This document shows, piece after piece, positions 7,924 through 16,715 of a DNA stretch of 23,358 nt. The stretch comes from a plasmid, in the sequence record NZ_AP018531.1, one strand, 5' to 3'. The first letter of the stretch is position 1. Each line of letters opens with the position of its first letter. The translations under genes and the position numbers were made by a program. Below the pieces are notes generated by a model, which did no database searches, was not told the DNA's origin, and saw only the letters and a program-made list of their open reading frames with translations.

Positions 7924-7968
7924 AAAAGCCCCGGAGGTCACGACTCCGGGGCTTTTCTATTCTGTTTT
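7924..7968 (+). terminator. Strong rho-independent terminator
   Basis: Perfect 13-bp stem AAAAGCCCCGGAG / CTCCGGGGCTTTT, loop gtcacga, followed by TTTTCTATTCTGTTTT. Confidence 0.75.
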
Positions 7969-8325
7969 GGAGCAGGTGGCTTAGACCTGAGGCTGGCTAC
8001 CAGTTACATCTTGCCGTCCAGCCATTTGCAAATGCAGTATGCTGCTACGCTTGCCAGAACGGAGATTAAAAACGATGAGATAACGCTCACTAAGTCCCCA
8101 CTTTTGCTAACTGTATAGGGGAGCCTGTACCGTATAACATGGAGGTCGGATTGCAGCAAGGAAAGCCGGATTTTGAACTTCTCAGACTAAAAATTACTGC
8201 CTGGGATATATTCGCGGCGCTTGATCCATGCCGCGCAAACGGTCTCTTTATTATCTGCGGCTGCTCACAGCCGACCGGCATTTCCTCGATCAGCCGCCTT
8301 GATGGGTCGATATGCAGGACTTTTT

Positions 8326-8382
8326 TGTTATGTAAAGTTATAACGTTAAAAAGCTATGACGTTATAACGCTATAACGTTAGA
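8326..8382. repeat. Second cluster of GTTATAACG iteron/parS-like repeats
   Basis: aaGTTATAACGTTAaaaag ... gacGTTATAACGctATAACGTTAg. Shares the 12-mer with the cluster at 5779-5860. Confidence 0.6.
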
Positions 8383-8416
8383 TTGCGATGTATTTCTATT
8401 TTGGCATATATTATAC

Positions 8417-8452
8417 TTGACGATTCTAAATGTATTCTTATACATTGAATTA
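8417..8452 (+). promoter_or_regulatory. Possible promoter with overlapping GT-N-AC inverted repeat (AATGTATtcttATACATT), candidate GntR operator upstream of the disrupted gntR
   Basis: TTGACG -35-like hexamer, then the 7-bp-arm inverted repeat. FadR/GntR-type operators commonly have GT...AC symmetry. Confidence 0.3.
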
Positions 8453-8469
8453 AGCAAAGAAGTAGTAGA

Positions 8470-8614
8470 ATGGCTTTACAGGCACTCAAGAAAAGGGAGT
8501 CTTTTTCGGATAAAGCCTATCATATGCTGCGCGAAGCGATTCTGACCGGAGAACTTAAGCCGGGCGAACAGCTTACCGAAGAAGCGCTTTCCGCACAGCT
8601 TGGCATCAGCCGCA
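8470..8614 (+). pseudogene. N-terminal about 48 codons (HTH) of a GntR-family regulator, truncated by an IS fragment
   Basis: AYHMLREAILTGELKPGEQLTEEALSAQLGISRT is a canonical GntR wHTH. The reading frame degenerates right after ISRT (about 8614). No effector domain follows. Confidence 0.6.
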
Positions 8615-8946
8615 CACAGTCTATCGAGCATTTCCCATTTGCGCTGTTCTTCACTTTTTCGATGGCCCTGTCCCGCGACAAACGAGATGTTTTCTTTGCT
8701 TGCCTTCAGGTATTCCTGCAGATCCTTCAGCTTGTGCAGTCCGGTGGCTTTTTCCACCCTCTCCTGTACTGCCTGCAACTGCTTTTCCCCTTCCAGAAGC
8801 CACATAAAGTCTATTCGATACCGGCACGATTCTTCCGGCTTCCGGCTGGAATAGATCCCACATTGATATCCGTACACCATTACCTTGAACAGCACTCGTG
8901 GATCGACCTTCGATTTCCGTCCTTTCGGCGAATAGGCCCGATACAT
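8615..8946 (-). mobile_element. Truncated IS transposase N-terminal fragment (DUF772-type, IS1182/IS5-like)
   Basis: MYRAYSPKGRKSKVDPRVLFKVMVYGYQCGIYSSRKPEESCRYRIDFMWLL matches the N-domain pattern GRP..dP..mfK.l.ygY..gIySSRK.E......i.FmWL. There is no DDE catalytic region. The ORF only continues as antisense of gntR. Confidence 0.5.
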
Positions 8947-9059
8947 AAATCTGTTCTGTGCCGCAGAAAATAGGACTGCACCGATTGCGCGGTCAAAGCT
9001 GATATGCTACAATGATATTACTAAAAAACGTGCACGGCACAAAAAATAGGAGTGATCGC

Positions 9060-10313
9060 ATGGAGATCCAGCGAGAGGCATATCTGAACCAACTGATCGA
9101 GCGCAGGGACAACGGCATGATCAAGATTGTCACCGGCATACGGCGCTGCGGAAAATCCTATCTGCTGTTCACCATATTCAAGCGGTATCTGCTTGAAAGC
9201 GGCGTTCCGGAGGATCATATTATCGAGATCGCTTTGGACGGCATCGAGAACGAGGAGCTGCGCGACCCCAAGGTATGCTTCCGCTATATTACGGATGCCA
9301 TGCGCGGCGACGGGCCGTATTATCTTCTGCTCGATGAAGTGCAGTTCATGCCCCGGTTTGAGGAAGTTCTGAACAGCTTGCTGCGCATGAGCAATATCGA
9401 CGTCTATGTGACCGGCAGCAACTCCAAGTTCCTTTCCAGCGACATCGTGACCGAATTTCGCGGCCGCGGTGACGAGATACGCATTCATCCGCTGTCGTTT
9501 GCAGAGTTCTATTCGGTCTGGGACGGCGACTTTGACGATGCCTGGGACGAATATATGCTCTACGGCGGTCTGCCGCAGATCGTAAATTTTCAGAACGAAC
9601 GCCAGAAGGCAGACTATCTGAAAAACATTTTTGCTAACGTCTATCTGAAGGATGTAATCGAGCGCAACCGCATTCAGAACGATGCGGAGATCAACATTCT
9701 GGTTGACGTTCTGGCATCTGCGATCGGCGCGCCGACCAACCCGTCTAAAATCGCGAACACCTTTGCAAGCGAGCGCCAGATGAGCTACACCAACAAGACC
9801 ATTTCACAGCACATTGATTTTCTGGCAGATGCTTTTCTGATCGAGAAGGCGCAGCGCTATGACATCAAAGGGCGCAAGTATATCGGTGCCAATCTCAAAT
9901 ATTACTTCACCGACCTCGGTTTGCGCAACGCCCGGCTGAATTTCCGGCAGCAAGAGCCGACTCATATCATGGAGAACATCGTATATAATGAGCTGTGCAT
10001 TCGCGGTTATCATGTCGATGTGGGCATCGTTGAGGCGTTCGGCAAGGACAGCAGCGGCAAGCGCCTGCGCAAGCAGCTCGAAGTCGATTTCGTCGTCAAT
10101 CAGGCGAGTCAGCGATATTATATCCAGGTCGCCTACGATCTCACCTCGGAGGAGAAGCAGGCGCAGGAATTCAACTCGCTCCGCCATATCCCGGACTCGT
10201 TCAAGAAAATCGTCATCGTAAACGGCGTCCGCAAACCGTGGCGCAACGATGAAGGCTTCGTTATCATGGGCATGAAGTATTTTCTCCTAAACGCAGACAG
10301 TCTGGAGTTTTAA
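9060..10313 (+). CDS. AAA-family ATPase (AAA_14-like N-domain, DUF4143-like C-domain), 417 aa from MEIQREAYL
   Basis: Walker A GIRRCGKSY, Walker B LLLDEVQ. The C-terminal half has the DUF4143 architecture. AGGAG RBS sits 7 nt upstream of the ATG at 9060. The earlier ATG at 9012 lacks an RBS. Confidence 0.8.
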   Translation: MEIQREAYLNQLIERRDNGMIKIVTGIRRCGKSYLLFTIFKRYLLESGVPEDHIIEIALDGIENEELRDPKVCFRYITDAMRGDGPYYLLLDEVQFMPRFEEVLNSLLRMSNIDVYVTGSNSKFLSSDIVTEFRGRGDEIRIHPLSFAEFYSVWDGDFDDAWDEYMLYGGLPQIVNFQNERQKADYLKNIFANVYLKDVIERNRIQNDAEINILVDVLASAIGAPTNPSKIANTFASERQMSYTNKTISQHIDFLADAFLIEKAQRYDIKGRKYIGANLKYYFTDLGLRNARLNFRQQEPTHIMENIVYNELCIRGYHVDVGIVEAFGKDSSGKRLRKQLEVDFVVNQASQRYYIQVAYDLTSEEKQAQEFNSLRHIPDSFKKIVIVNGVRKPWRNDEGFVIMGMKYFLLNADSLEF

Positions 10314-10668
10314 GGCAATACCGCATAATTGAAAATGAGCGATGCTGCCAAGGCGGACAAGCAAGCCGGACTGTCGTGTTTCTATCTGCGGAAGCTTACC
10401 AAAATGGTAGAGGCGCCGCTGTTTTTTATGTGTATTTTACGTTTTTATGTTCCGGTCGATCTGTTCGTATCGCTCTGCGGCAACGATCCTGCTGTGGTAA
10501 AGGTCAGCGGCGACACCATCAGATTCCGAATCCGCTGACCGTCCATAACTCCCTTGCAGAGCTTGCAAAGGCAGTCGGATTTGACATCAAAGCGCCGACC
10601 GTGCCCGCAGAGCAGGGAATCAGTGAGACAGAGGTCGCGGCGGTAGTCAGCAGCGCCTTATAAAAGAT

Positions 10669-10760
10669 TGAAGAGTGGTGATTTTCTCCACTCTTTCTCT
10701 TTTGCGGGTATACAGAAAAAGAGTGGAAAGCGCTTCACTCTCCACTCTTAAATCTTCACT
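10669..10760. terminator. Pair of hairpins in the convergent gap between the ATPase and iolI (bidirectional terminators)
   Basis: AGAGTGGtgattttctCCACTCT followed by TTCTCTTTTG. Also AAAAAGAGTGgaaagcgcttCACTCTccactctt. Confidence 0.4.
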
Positions 10761-10768
10761 CTGTGAAA

Positions 10769-11641
10769 TCAGTCCGCCCAGTACTTTGCAACATGTGCCT
10801 TGGTAACCTCAGCGGCCTTCTTGATATTCTCCTCGTTGGACAGCTTGTAGTAGTCCGGACGGAACACCTCCATGGTGCAAACGTCGCCTTCAAAGCCGAT
10901 TTTCTTGAGGGTATCTGCGTAACGCTTGTGGTCGAGGCAGTCGCCCGGCTCGCCCGGCCACAGACGCTTCTCGTCGTTGTTGTAAGCAGCGCCGCACGGC
11001 ATATTCTCCATGCCGTTCAGGTGCCATACGAAAATCTTCTTGCCGTCAGCCTTCTCGAGAGCAGCCCACTCGGAAGCCATTGCATGGAAGTGGTACTGGT
11101 CGAGGGTGATGCCGACGAGCGGATGATCTACCTCAGTAACGATGTCGTAAGCGTACTCGAAGCGGTTGATGGACATGGTCGGTGCGCCGCAGAACTCGAT
11201 GGACAGCTTGATGCCGTGCGGCTCAACCTTCTTTACCATCTCCTTGAGAACAGCAACAGCATCAGCCTTGATCTCGTCAACGGTAGCCGGAACGGTCAGA
11301 TCCATGGACGGAACGACAACGATCATCTTGCAGCCCAGCTTGTTGCAGTCTGCGATGATCTGGTCGAGCTTTGCCATAACGGCGTCCTTTTCCTCCTGGG
11401 TCTGCTTCATGTTGAAGAAGATCAGAGCGTTGTAGGACAGCATCTTCAGGTGATGCTTCGGATCAGCAAACCATGCGCCGAGATCGTCGATGGTGTACTT
11501 GCCGGCAGCGATCTCGCGGTCGAGGCACTCGGACTGGATGTCGATGTAGTCAAAGCCGTACTTCTCGCACAGGTCGAGGTCTTCAAGTACGGAGTGGTTT
11601 TCGCAGAAACGGTTGCAGCCTTCGTTAAAACCGATTTTCAT
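10769..11641 (-). CDS. iolI: Inosose isomerase IolI (2-keto-myo-inositol isomerase; xylose-isomerase-like TIM barrel)
   Basis: Blocks align along the whole length with B. subtilis IolI from memory: MKIGFNE / MKLCFNE, LDLCEKYGFDYIDI / LELCEKHGYDYIEI, DQYHFHAMAS / DSFHFHAMGS, LEKADGKKIFVWH / LKQADGKKIFIYH, EVFRPDYYKLSNEE / ELFRPEYYKLTAEE. RBS AAAGGAG. Confidence 0.8.
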   Translation of the reverse strand: MKIGFNEGCNRFCENHSVLEDLDLCEKYGFDYIDIQSECLDREIAAGKYTIDDLGAWFADPKHHLKMLSYNALIFFNMKQTQEEKDAVMAKLDQIIADCNKLGCKMIVVVPSMDLTVPATVDEIKADAVAVLKEMVKKVEPHGIKLSIEFCGAPTMSINRFEYAYDIVTEVDHPLVGITLDQYHFHAMASEWAALEKADGKKIFVWHLNGMENMPCGAAYNNDEKRLWPGEPGDCLDHKRYADTLKKIGFEGDVCTMEVFRPDYYKLSNEENIKKAAEVTKAHVAKYWAD

Positions 11642-11779
11642 AGCAGTAACTCCTTTTAACGTATCAATTTCGCGTTGTAAAACGCGGTATAGTGGTTAAG
11701 GTGATATGCAAGGGCAGTAAAGCAGGAAGCTCTGCCACCCTTGCGAGTGAGTAGCAATGAATAGAAAATATGAGGTGGA

Positions 11780-12796
11780 TTACTTCTTGTAGAAGTCCGG
11801 GGTGCCGCCGGTAACAACCTTCTCCGGCACACCGGAGGTCTGGGACTTAACCAGAGCGTCAGCGGTGATGGAAGCAACGTAGCCGTCCCAAGCAGAGGAG
11901 CCGCCGGTCTCACCCTTGAGTGCGTGGTCAACCCAGTCCTGAATCTCTACATCGTAAGAATCGATGAAGCGCAGGATCCAGTTGTCCTCGATCTTGGTGG
12001 AAACCTCGTTAGCGTAGCGAACGGTCGGGAAGGACGGGCACGGCAGGTTTACAACGCCGTTCTCACATACAACCTCGCAGTTGATGTCGTAGCCGAAGCC
12101 GCAGTTTACGTTAACCTCGAGCATGTTGATGATGCCGCCCTTGGTCTTCATGATCATGATCTGCGGGTCCTTCAGCGCGTTCTTAACCTTGCTGTTGGTC
12201 TTCGGCATGATGCACTGAACCTCGTCCCACTCGTCGTTTACCAGCCACGGCAGAACGTCGATCTCGTGGATTGCGGTATCGGTAACAGCCATTGCGGTGG
12301 TGTAGTCATCGGCAACGCCGTCTGCACGGTGGGTGCACTTGATCACCATCGGGGCACCGAACTTGCCGGAGTCGATCAGCTCCTTGACCTGACGGTAGCC
12401 GCGGTCGTAACGGCGCATGAAGCCAACCTGTACGAGGTGCTTGCCGCCTGCCATCTCGGCCTCAACGATCTCCTTGCCGTCAGCAGCGGTGTTAGCCAGC
12501 GGCTTCTCGGAGAATACCGGCTTGCCGGCCTTGATCGCTGCCAGAACCGGACCCTTGTGGAACTGACCCGGGGTGGTAACTACAACAGCGTTTACGTCCG
12601 GATCGTTGATTGCTTCGTTGAAATCGGTGTAAACCTTGGTGCCGGCGCCGGCGATCTCAGCGCCCTTCTTTGCACCTTCTTCAAATACGTCGCATACAGC
12701 AACGATGCGTGCATTGCGGATGCGGTTCTGGATACGCTCGATGTGCTCACGGCCGATCATGCCGCAGCCGATCAGTGCAATGTTCAGATTTTCCAT
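11780..12796 (-). CDS. iolG: myo-Inositol 2-dehydrogenase IolG (Gfo/Idh/MocA family); start at MENLNIALIG
   Basis: Long collinear match to B. subtilis IolG from memory: LVQVGFMRRYDRGY, DDYTTAMAVTDTAIHEIDVLPWLVNDEW, LKDPQIMIMKTKGG, VNCGFGYDINCEVV, SYDVEIQDWVD, SAWDGYVASITADALVKSQTSG, PDFY. The ATG at 12796 has AAAGGA 9 nt upstream. The ATG at 12808 has none. Confidence 0.85.
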   Translation of the reverse strand: MENLNIALIGCGMIGREHIERIQNRIRNARIVAVCDVFEEGAKKGAEIAGAGTKVYTDFNEAINDPDVNAVVVTTPGQFHKGPVLAAIKAGKPVFSEKPLANTAADGKEIVEAEMAGGKHLVQVGFMRRYDRGYRQVKELIDSGKFGAPMVIKCTHRADGVADDYTTAMAVTDTAIHEIDVLPWLVNDEWDEVQCIMPKTNSKVKNALKDPQIMIMKTKGGIINMLEVNVNCGFGYDINCEVVCENGVVNLPCPSFPTVRYANEVSTKIEDNWILRFIDSYDVEIQDWVDHALKGETGGSSAWDGYVASITADALVKSQTSGVPEKVVTGGTPDFYKK

Positions 12797-12936
12797 GATA
12801 AAGCTCATCCTTTCAAAATATGCCGCTGTACGGCAGAGTTCAAGTCTAATGGATTATGTGCGAGTATTTCGGGAGCCGCAGCATTGCTGCGACCCCTGAA
12901 AACTCGGAAAGAGAAGAGAGATTGTGTGTGTCTGTT

Positions 12937-13920
12937 TTACGCGCGCTTTGCGTTCTTGCGCATGTCGAGTACAACCGAACCGACAATGATAACGCCCTTG
13001 ACAATGTTGGTCATGTTATCGTCTACCTTCAGCATAACCAGACCGTTATTGATAACGCCAAGGATCAGGATACCTGCCAGAACACCGGATACGCGGCAGA
13101 TACCGCCGGTGTGGGAGGTGCCGCCTACGGTAGCCGCAGCGATAGCGTCTAGCTCGTAGTTCAGGCCGGAGTTGGCCGGGTCAGCCGAACCTGCACGGCC
13201 TGCCAGCAGCATACCTGCAACAGCCGCACAAACCGAGCACCATACATAAACCATGATGAGGTTCTTTTCTACATTGATGCCAGCAACGCGGGCAGCCTGA
13301 TCGTTGCCGCCGATGGCATACACGTTTTTGCCGAAGCGGGTCTGCGTCAGCAGGAAGGCCGAGATCGCAAACATAACGAAGAATACCAGAATGATGACCG
13401 GAACCGAGCCGATTTTAGCAGAGCCAAGGAAACGGAACTCCGAGGACAGGGTGGAAACCGGGCGGCTGGTGTACATTTTTGCGCTTGCGCGGCAGATCAG
13501 CTGTGCGCCGAGCGTTGCGATGAAGGGCGGAATCTTGGTGTACGCGATGATCGCACCGTAAATAGCGCCGATGCCTGCGCCGATTGCCAGACCGATCAGA
13601 ATAACCAGCGGTGCGGGCAGGGTGCCCAGACCGGGGAATACTGCGTTGGCATAATCTGCCGGCTGAACCAGAGATGCCGTGATGCAGGCAACCAGGCCGG
13701 CCGATGCGCCGATCGTCAGGTCGATACCCTTGGACAGGATCGCGAACATAACGCCGAAGGCCAGAATACCCTTGACGGCCTCACCGGAGAGCAGCGTCAG
13801 CAGGTTGTTTACGGTGAAGAAACTGGGCTGTGCAACACCCATGATAATGACCATAGCGATCAGTACCAGCCAGATCGAGTTCTGCGACAGGAATTTTTTC
13901 TTGTCAAACGTCTTTTGCAT
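12937..13920 (-). CDS. ABC sugar transporter permease (CUT2/RbsC-like, BPD_transp_2)
   Basis: 327 aa, about 9-10 hydrophobic segments, typical monosaccharide ABC permease pattern. 18 nt downstream of the ATPase gene. Confidence 0.85.
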   Translation of the reverse strand: MQKTFDKKKFLSQNSIWLVLIAMVIIMGVAQPSFFTVNNLLTLLSGEAVKGILAFGVMFAILSKGIDLTIGASAGLVACITASLVQPADYANAVFPGLGTLPAPLVILIGLAIGAGIGAIYGAIIAYTKIPPFIATLGAQLICRASAKMYTSRPVSTLSSEFRFLGSAKIGSVPVIILVFFVMFAISAFLLTQTRFGKNVYAIGGNDQAARVAGINVEKNLIMVYVWCSVCAAVAGMLLAGRAGSADPANSGLNYELDAIAAATVGGTSHTGGICRVSGVLAGILILGVINNGLVMLKVDDNMTNIVKGVIIVGSVVLDMRKNAKRA

Positions 13921-13938
13921 ACCATTTACCCTTCTTTC

Positions 13939-15450
13939 TTATTGCTCATCAGCAGCGGGCTGGTAAGGAACCTCGCTGGTAGCGTATTTCAGGATCAGCT
14001 CGGACGAGAAATCCTTGCGATCTACGATTGCGGTCATCGTGCCTTCATGCATGACCACGATGCGGTCGGACATACCCATAACTTCGGGCAGCTCGCTCGA
14101 GATCATGATGATCGCCTTGCCTTCGCCGGCCAGCTTGGTGATCAGCGAGTGGATTTCGGCCTTGGCGCCTACGTCGATACCGCGGGTCGGCTCGTCTACG
14201 ATCAGGATGTCCGGATCGGTCAGCAGCCAGCGGCCTACCAGAACCTTCTGCTGATTACCGCCGGAAAGGTTCTTGATGGGGGTGTCGATCGTCGGTGTTT
14301 TGGTATTGAGCTTACGCACATACTCGTCGGTATCCTCGCGCATCTTCTTGTGATTGAGCGGGAAACCGTAGTTTTTCAGGCTGGCAAGCACGGTATTGTC
14401 CTTGATGCTCAGCATACCGACAATGCCGTTGCCGCGTCGGTCCTCGGTCAGCAGGGCGATCTTGTGGGCGATGGCGTGCTCGGGGGACTTGATGTGCAGC
14501 TCCTCGCCGTCCTTATAGACCTTGCCGCCGGTGATATGGCGCATACCGAAAATAGCCTCTGCCGTTTCGGTACGGCCTGCGCCGACCAGACCGGCCATGC
14601 CCAGAATTTCACCGCGGTGCAGCTCGAACGATACGTTCTTTACCGCATGACCGGCGGAAAGGTTCTCGACCTTCAGAATGGTATCTCCGATCGGGCAATC
14701 CACCTTGGGGAACATATTGGAAACCTCACGGCCTACCATAAGCTGAATCAGTTTATCTACGTTCAGGTTTTCCGCGCGGTCGCTGGCGATGTACTCGCCG
14801 TCGCGATATACGGTGATATCATCCGAAATGCGGAAAATTTCATCCATTTTATGCGAAATATAAATGATTGCTACGTTCTTCTTTTTCAGTTCTTCGATGA
14901 TGCGGAACAGATGCTCAACCTCGGTTTCGGTCAGGGAGGAGGTCGGCTCGTCCATGATTACGATCTTGCTGTCATACGAAACCGCCTTTGCGATTTCAAC
15001 CATCTGCATTTTTGCAACCGTCAGGTTGCCCATCTTTTCATCCGGATCAACATCCAGATTCAGGCGCTGGAACAGTTCGATGCTGTCCTGACGCATTTTC
15101 TTGTGATCAATGATCAGGCCCTTGCGCGGTGCGCGGCCCAGCCAGAGGTTTTCGCTGACACTGCGTTCCGGAACCGGCGATAATTCCTGATGGATCATTG
15201 AAATGCCGGAGTTCAGCGCTTCCAATGTGGTTTTGAAATGGATTTCCTTGCCGTCAAAAACGATCTTGCCCGATGTGGGCGGATGGATGCCGATCAGGCA
15301 TTTCATCAAAGTTGATTTACCTGCGCCGTTTTCTCCCATCAGGGTATGTACGGTACCGGGGCGCACCTTGAGCTGTACGCCTTTCAACGCACGCACGCCG
15401 GGGAAATCCTTGACGATATCGGTCATCTCCAGGATATACTCTTGACTCAC
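13939..15450 (-). CDS. Sugar ABC transporter ATP-binding protein, duplicated ABC domains (CUT2, RbsA/MglA-like). GTG start.
   Basis: Walker A GENGAGKST in domain 1 and a second LSGG signature (NLSGGNQQKV) in domain 2, plus Walker B IIMDEPT / LIVDEPT. Confidence 0.9.
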   Translation of the reverse strand: MSQEYILEMTDIVKDFPGVRALKGVQLKVRPGTVHTLMGENGAGKSTLMKCLIGIHPPTSGKIVFDGKEIHFKTTLEALNSGISMIHQELSPVPERSVSENLWLGRAPRKGLIIDHKKMRQDSIELFQRLNLDVDPDEKMGNLTVAKMQMVEIAKAVSYDSKIVIMDEPTSSLTETEVEHLFRIIEELKKKNVAIIYISHKMDEIFRISDDITVYRDGEYIASDRAENLNVDKLIQLMVGREVSNMFPKVDCPIGDTILKVENLSAGHAVKNVSFELHRGEILGMAGLVGAGRTETAEAIFGMRHITGGKVYKDGEELHIKSPEHAIAHKIALLTEDRRGNGIVGMLSIKDNTVLASLKNYGFPLNHKKMREDTDEYVRKLNTKTPTIDTPIKNLSGGNQQKVLVGRWLLTDPDILIVDEPTRGIDVGAKAEIHSLITKLAGEGKAIIMISSELPEVMGMSDRIVVMHEGTMTAIVDRKDFSSELILKYATSEVPYQPAADEQ

Positions 15451-15484
15451 TGCTTTTCACCCCAATATCTCTGCGTTTTTTTAG

Positions 15485-15510
15485 GAAGGGGACATGTGGA
15501 AATGTCCCCT
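15485..15510. other. Intra-operon stem-loop between the binding-protein and ATPase genes
   Basis: Perfect 10-bp stem AAGGGGACAT / ATGTCCCCTT, loop gtggaa. There is no U-tract on the coding (minus) strand, so it is probably an mRNA stabiliser or partial attenuator rather than a terminator. Confidence 0.4.
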
Positions 15511-15532
15511 TCGCAACATTCAGTGTCGGAAT

Positions 15533-16537
15533 TTAGTCGTAATCTGCTACGTTGTCGATGGTAACCGGCTCGAACGGTACCCAGATGATGAACTCGTTCT
15601 CGTCGTCTACTTCATAGCCGGTGCCCTCTGCGATCGGCTTGCCGTCGATCAGGTTTGCAGCTGCCTGCAGGGAAGCGCGGCCCTGACCCTCTGCGTTCTG
15701 GAATACGGTCATAGCGAGGGTGCCGTCCTTGATAGCCTGACGGCCGTCAGCGGTTGCGTCGATGCCGACGATCGGAACGGACTTCGGGTCCAGACCCTGC
15801 TGCTGCATTGCTTCGACTGCGCCGAGTGCCATTGCATCGTTGTTGGAGATGATGCAGTCGTACTTGGTGGTCTTGAGCAGCGGAGAGATCATGTCCATTG
15901 CGGTTGCACGGTCATAATCGGCTGCCAGCGGAGCAGCGGCTGCGGTTGCCTTGATGCCGTTGTCCTCCAGTGCCTTGAGCACGGATGCGGTACGGTTGGT
16001 GGTGGAGGTCTGACCGAGGATGCCGTTGAGCATCAGGTAGGAGATATCGGTCTTGCCCTGATCCTTAAAGAACTTTGCGAGGAACTCGCCCTGGAATGCG
16101 CCGGAGGTCATTTCGTCGGAGCCGACGTAAACAGCCTTCTCATTCAGTACGGAGGGATCGCCCGGGAAACGGTTTACGAATACGACCGGAACATCGCCTG
16201 CGGCCTCGATACACTGTGCAGCGGTCTCGGGGTCTACCATGTTGATGATGATGGCATCTTCACCTGCGGTAACCGAGGATTCGATGTACTGGATCATCTT
16301 GCTGGTGTCACTGTTGGCATCCTGGGTGGTCAGGTTGATGCCGGTGTCCTTTGCAGCGGCCTGAGCGGCTGCCTCCATTTCGCTGAGCCACTCATCGCGC
16401 TGGCTCATGATCAGCGTTACCTTGTGGCCGCTGCCGCCGTCTGCGCTGCCGCCCTGCTGTGCGCCACCGCCACAGCCTGCCAGCATGGATGCCATCATTG
16501 CCGATGCAATCAATCCTGCGAAAAGTCTTTTTTTCAT
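15533..16537 (-). CDS. Sugar ABC transporter substrate-binding lipoprotein (RbsB-like periplasmic binding protein fold)
   Basis: Signal peptide with lipobox LAGCGG, then a Peripla_BP-like sequence. First gene of the transporter operon. RBS GAGG. Confidence 0.85.
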   Translation of the reverse strand: MKKRLFAGLIASAMMASMLAGCGGGAQQGGSADGGSGHKVTLIMSQRDEWLSEMEAAAQAAAKDTGINLTTQDANSDTSKMIQYIESSVTAGEDAIIINMVDPETAAQCIEAAGDVPVVFVNRFPGDPSVLNEKAVYVGSDEMTSGAFQGEFLAKFFKDQGKTDISYLMLNGILGQTSTTNRTASVLKALEDNGIKATAAAAPLAADYDRATAMDMISPLLKTTKYDCIISNNDAMALGAVEAMQQQGLDPKSVPIVGIDATADGRQAIKDGTLAMTVFQNAEGQGRASLQAAANLIDGKPIAEGTGYEVDDENEFIIWVPFEPVTIDNVADYD

Positions 16538-16715
16538 TTGCTTTTACCTCATCTTTCTCAACTTTTTTCTTAGCCGTACACGTTCACATTTTTGAAAAAT
16601 GCGATTTACGCTTGCCTTGATTTAGTTTTACACTCTTTTTCGATGTGCGTCAACCGGATTTTTGAATTTTCACCAAATCACACAGACGAATCTTGCGAAA
16701 ACTGGTGATTCTGTC

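Noticed and set aside
7584-8118. Small ORFs 7584-7784 and 7789-8118
   Set aside because: The first starts inside the -10 element of the consensus promoter, upstream of the transcription start. The second has no RBS and is interrupted by a strong terminator. The region is better explained as small RNAs and structured non-coding DNA.
7969-8325. The ORF-free 360-bp segment as a known structured RNA (tmRNA, RNase P, group II intron fragment)
   Set aside because: No recognisable conserved motifs by eye. Left as an unexplained structured non-coding region pending a covariance-model search.
5779-8382. Possibility that the GTTATAACG repeats are a CRISPR array
   Set aside because: Units are only 8-12 bp, palindromic, irregularly spaced and split into two clusters 2.5 kb apart. 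There are no cas genes. They are iteron or parS-like instead.
10329-10663. Two overlapping small ORFs (69 and 95 aa) between the ATPase and iolI. They could be one frameshifted remnant (...VKVSGDTIRFRI / ...SLAELAKAVGFDIKAPTVPAEQGISETEV...)
   Set aside because: No RBS, no recognisable motif, and the reading frame switches at about 10538. More likely a decayed fragment or non-coding spacer. Kept out of the feature list.
13915-15183. Long plus-strand ORFs antisense to real genes: 13915-15183 (422 aa), 15494-16573 (359 aa), 11924-13159 (411 aa), 10763-11659 (298 aa), 4933-5751 (272 aa), 6720-7454 (244 aa), 1509-2234 minus (241 aa), 17035-18114 minus (359 aa)
   Set aside because: All lie opposite strongly recognisable genes in high-GC DNA, where stop codons are rare on the antisense strand. 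Their translations are low-complexity (Arg/Ala/Gly/His-rich) with no motifs or RBS.
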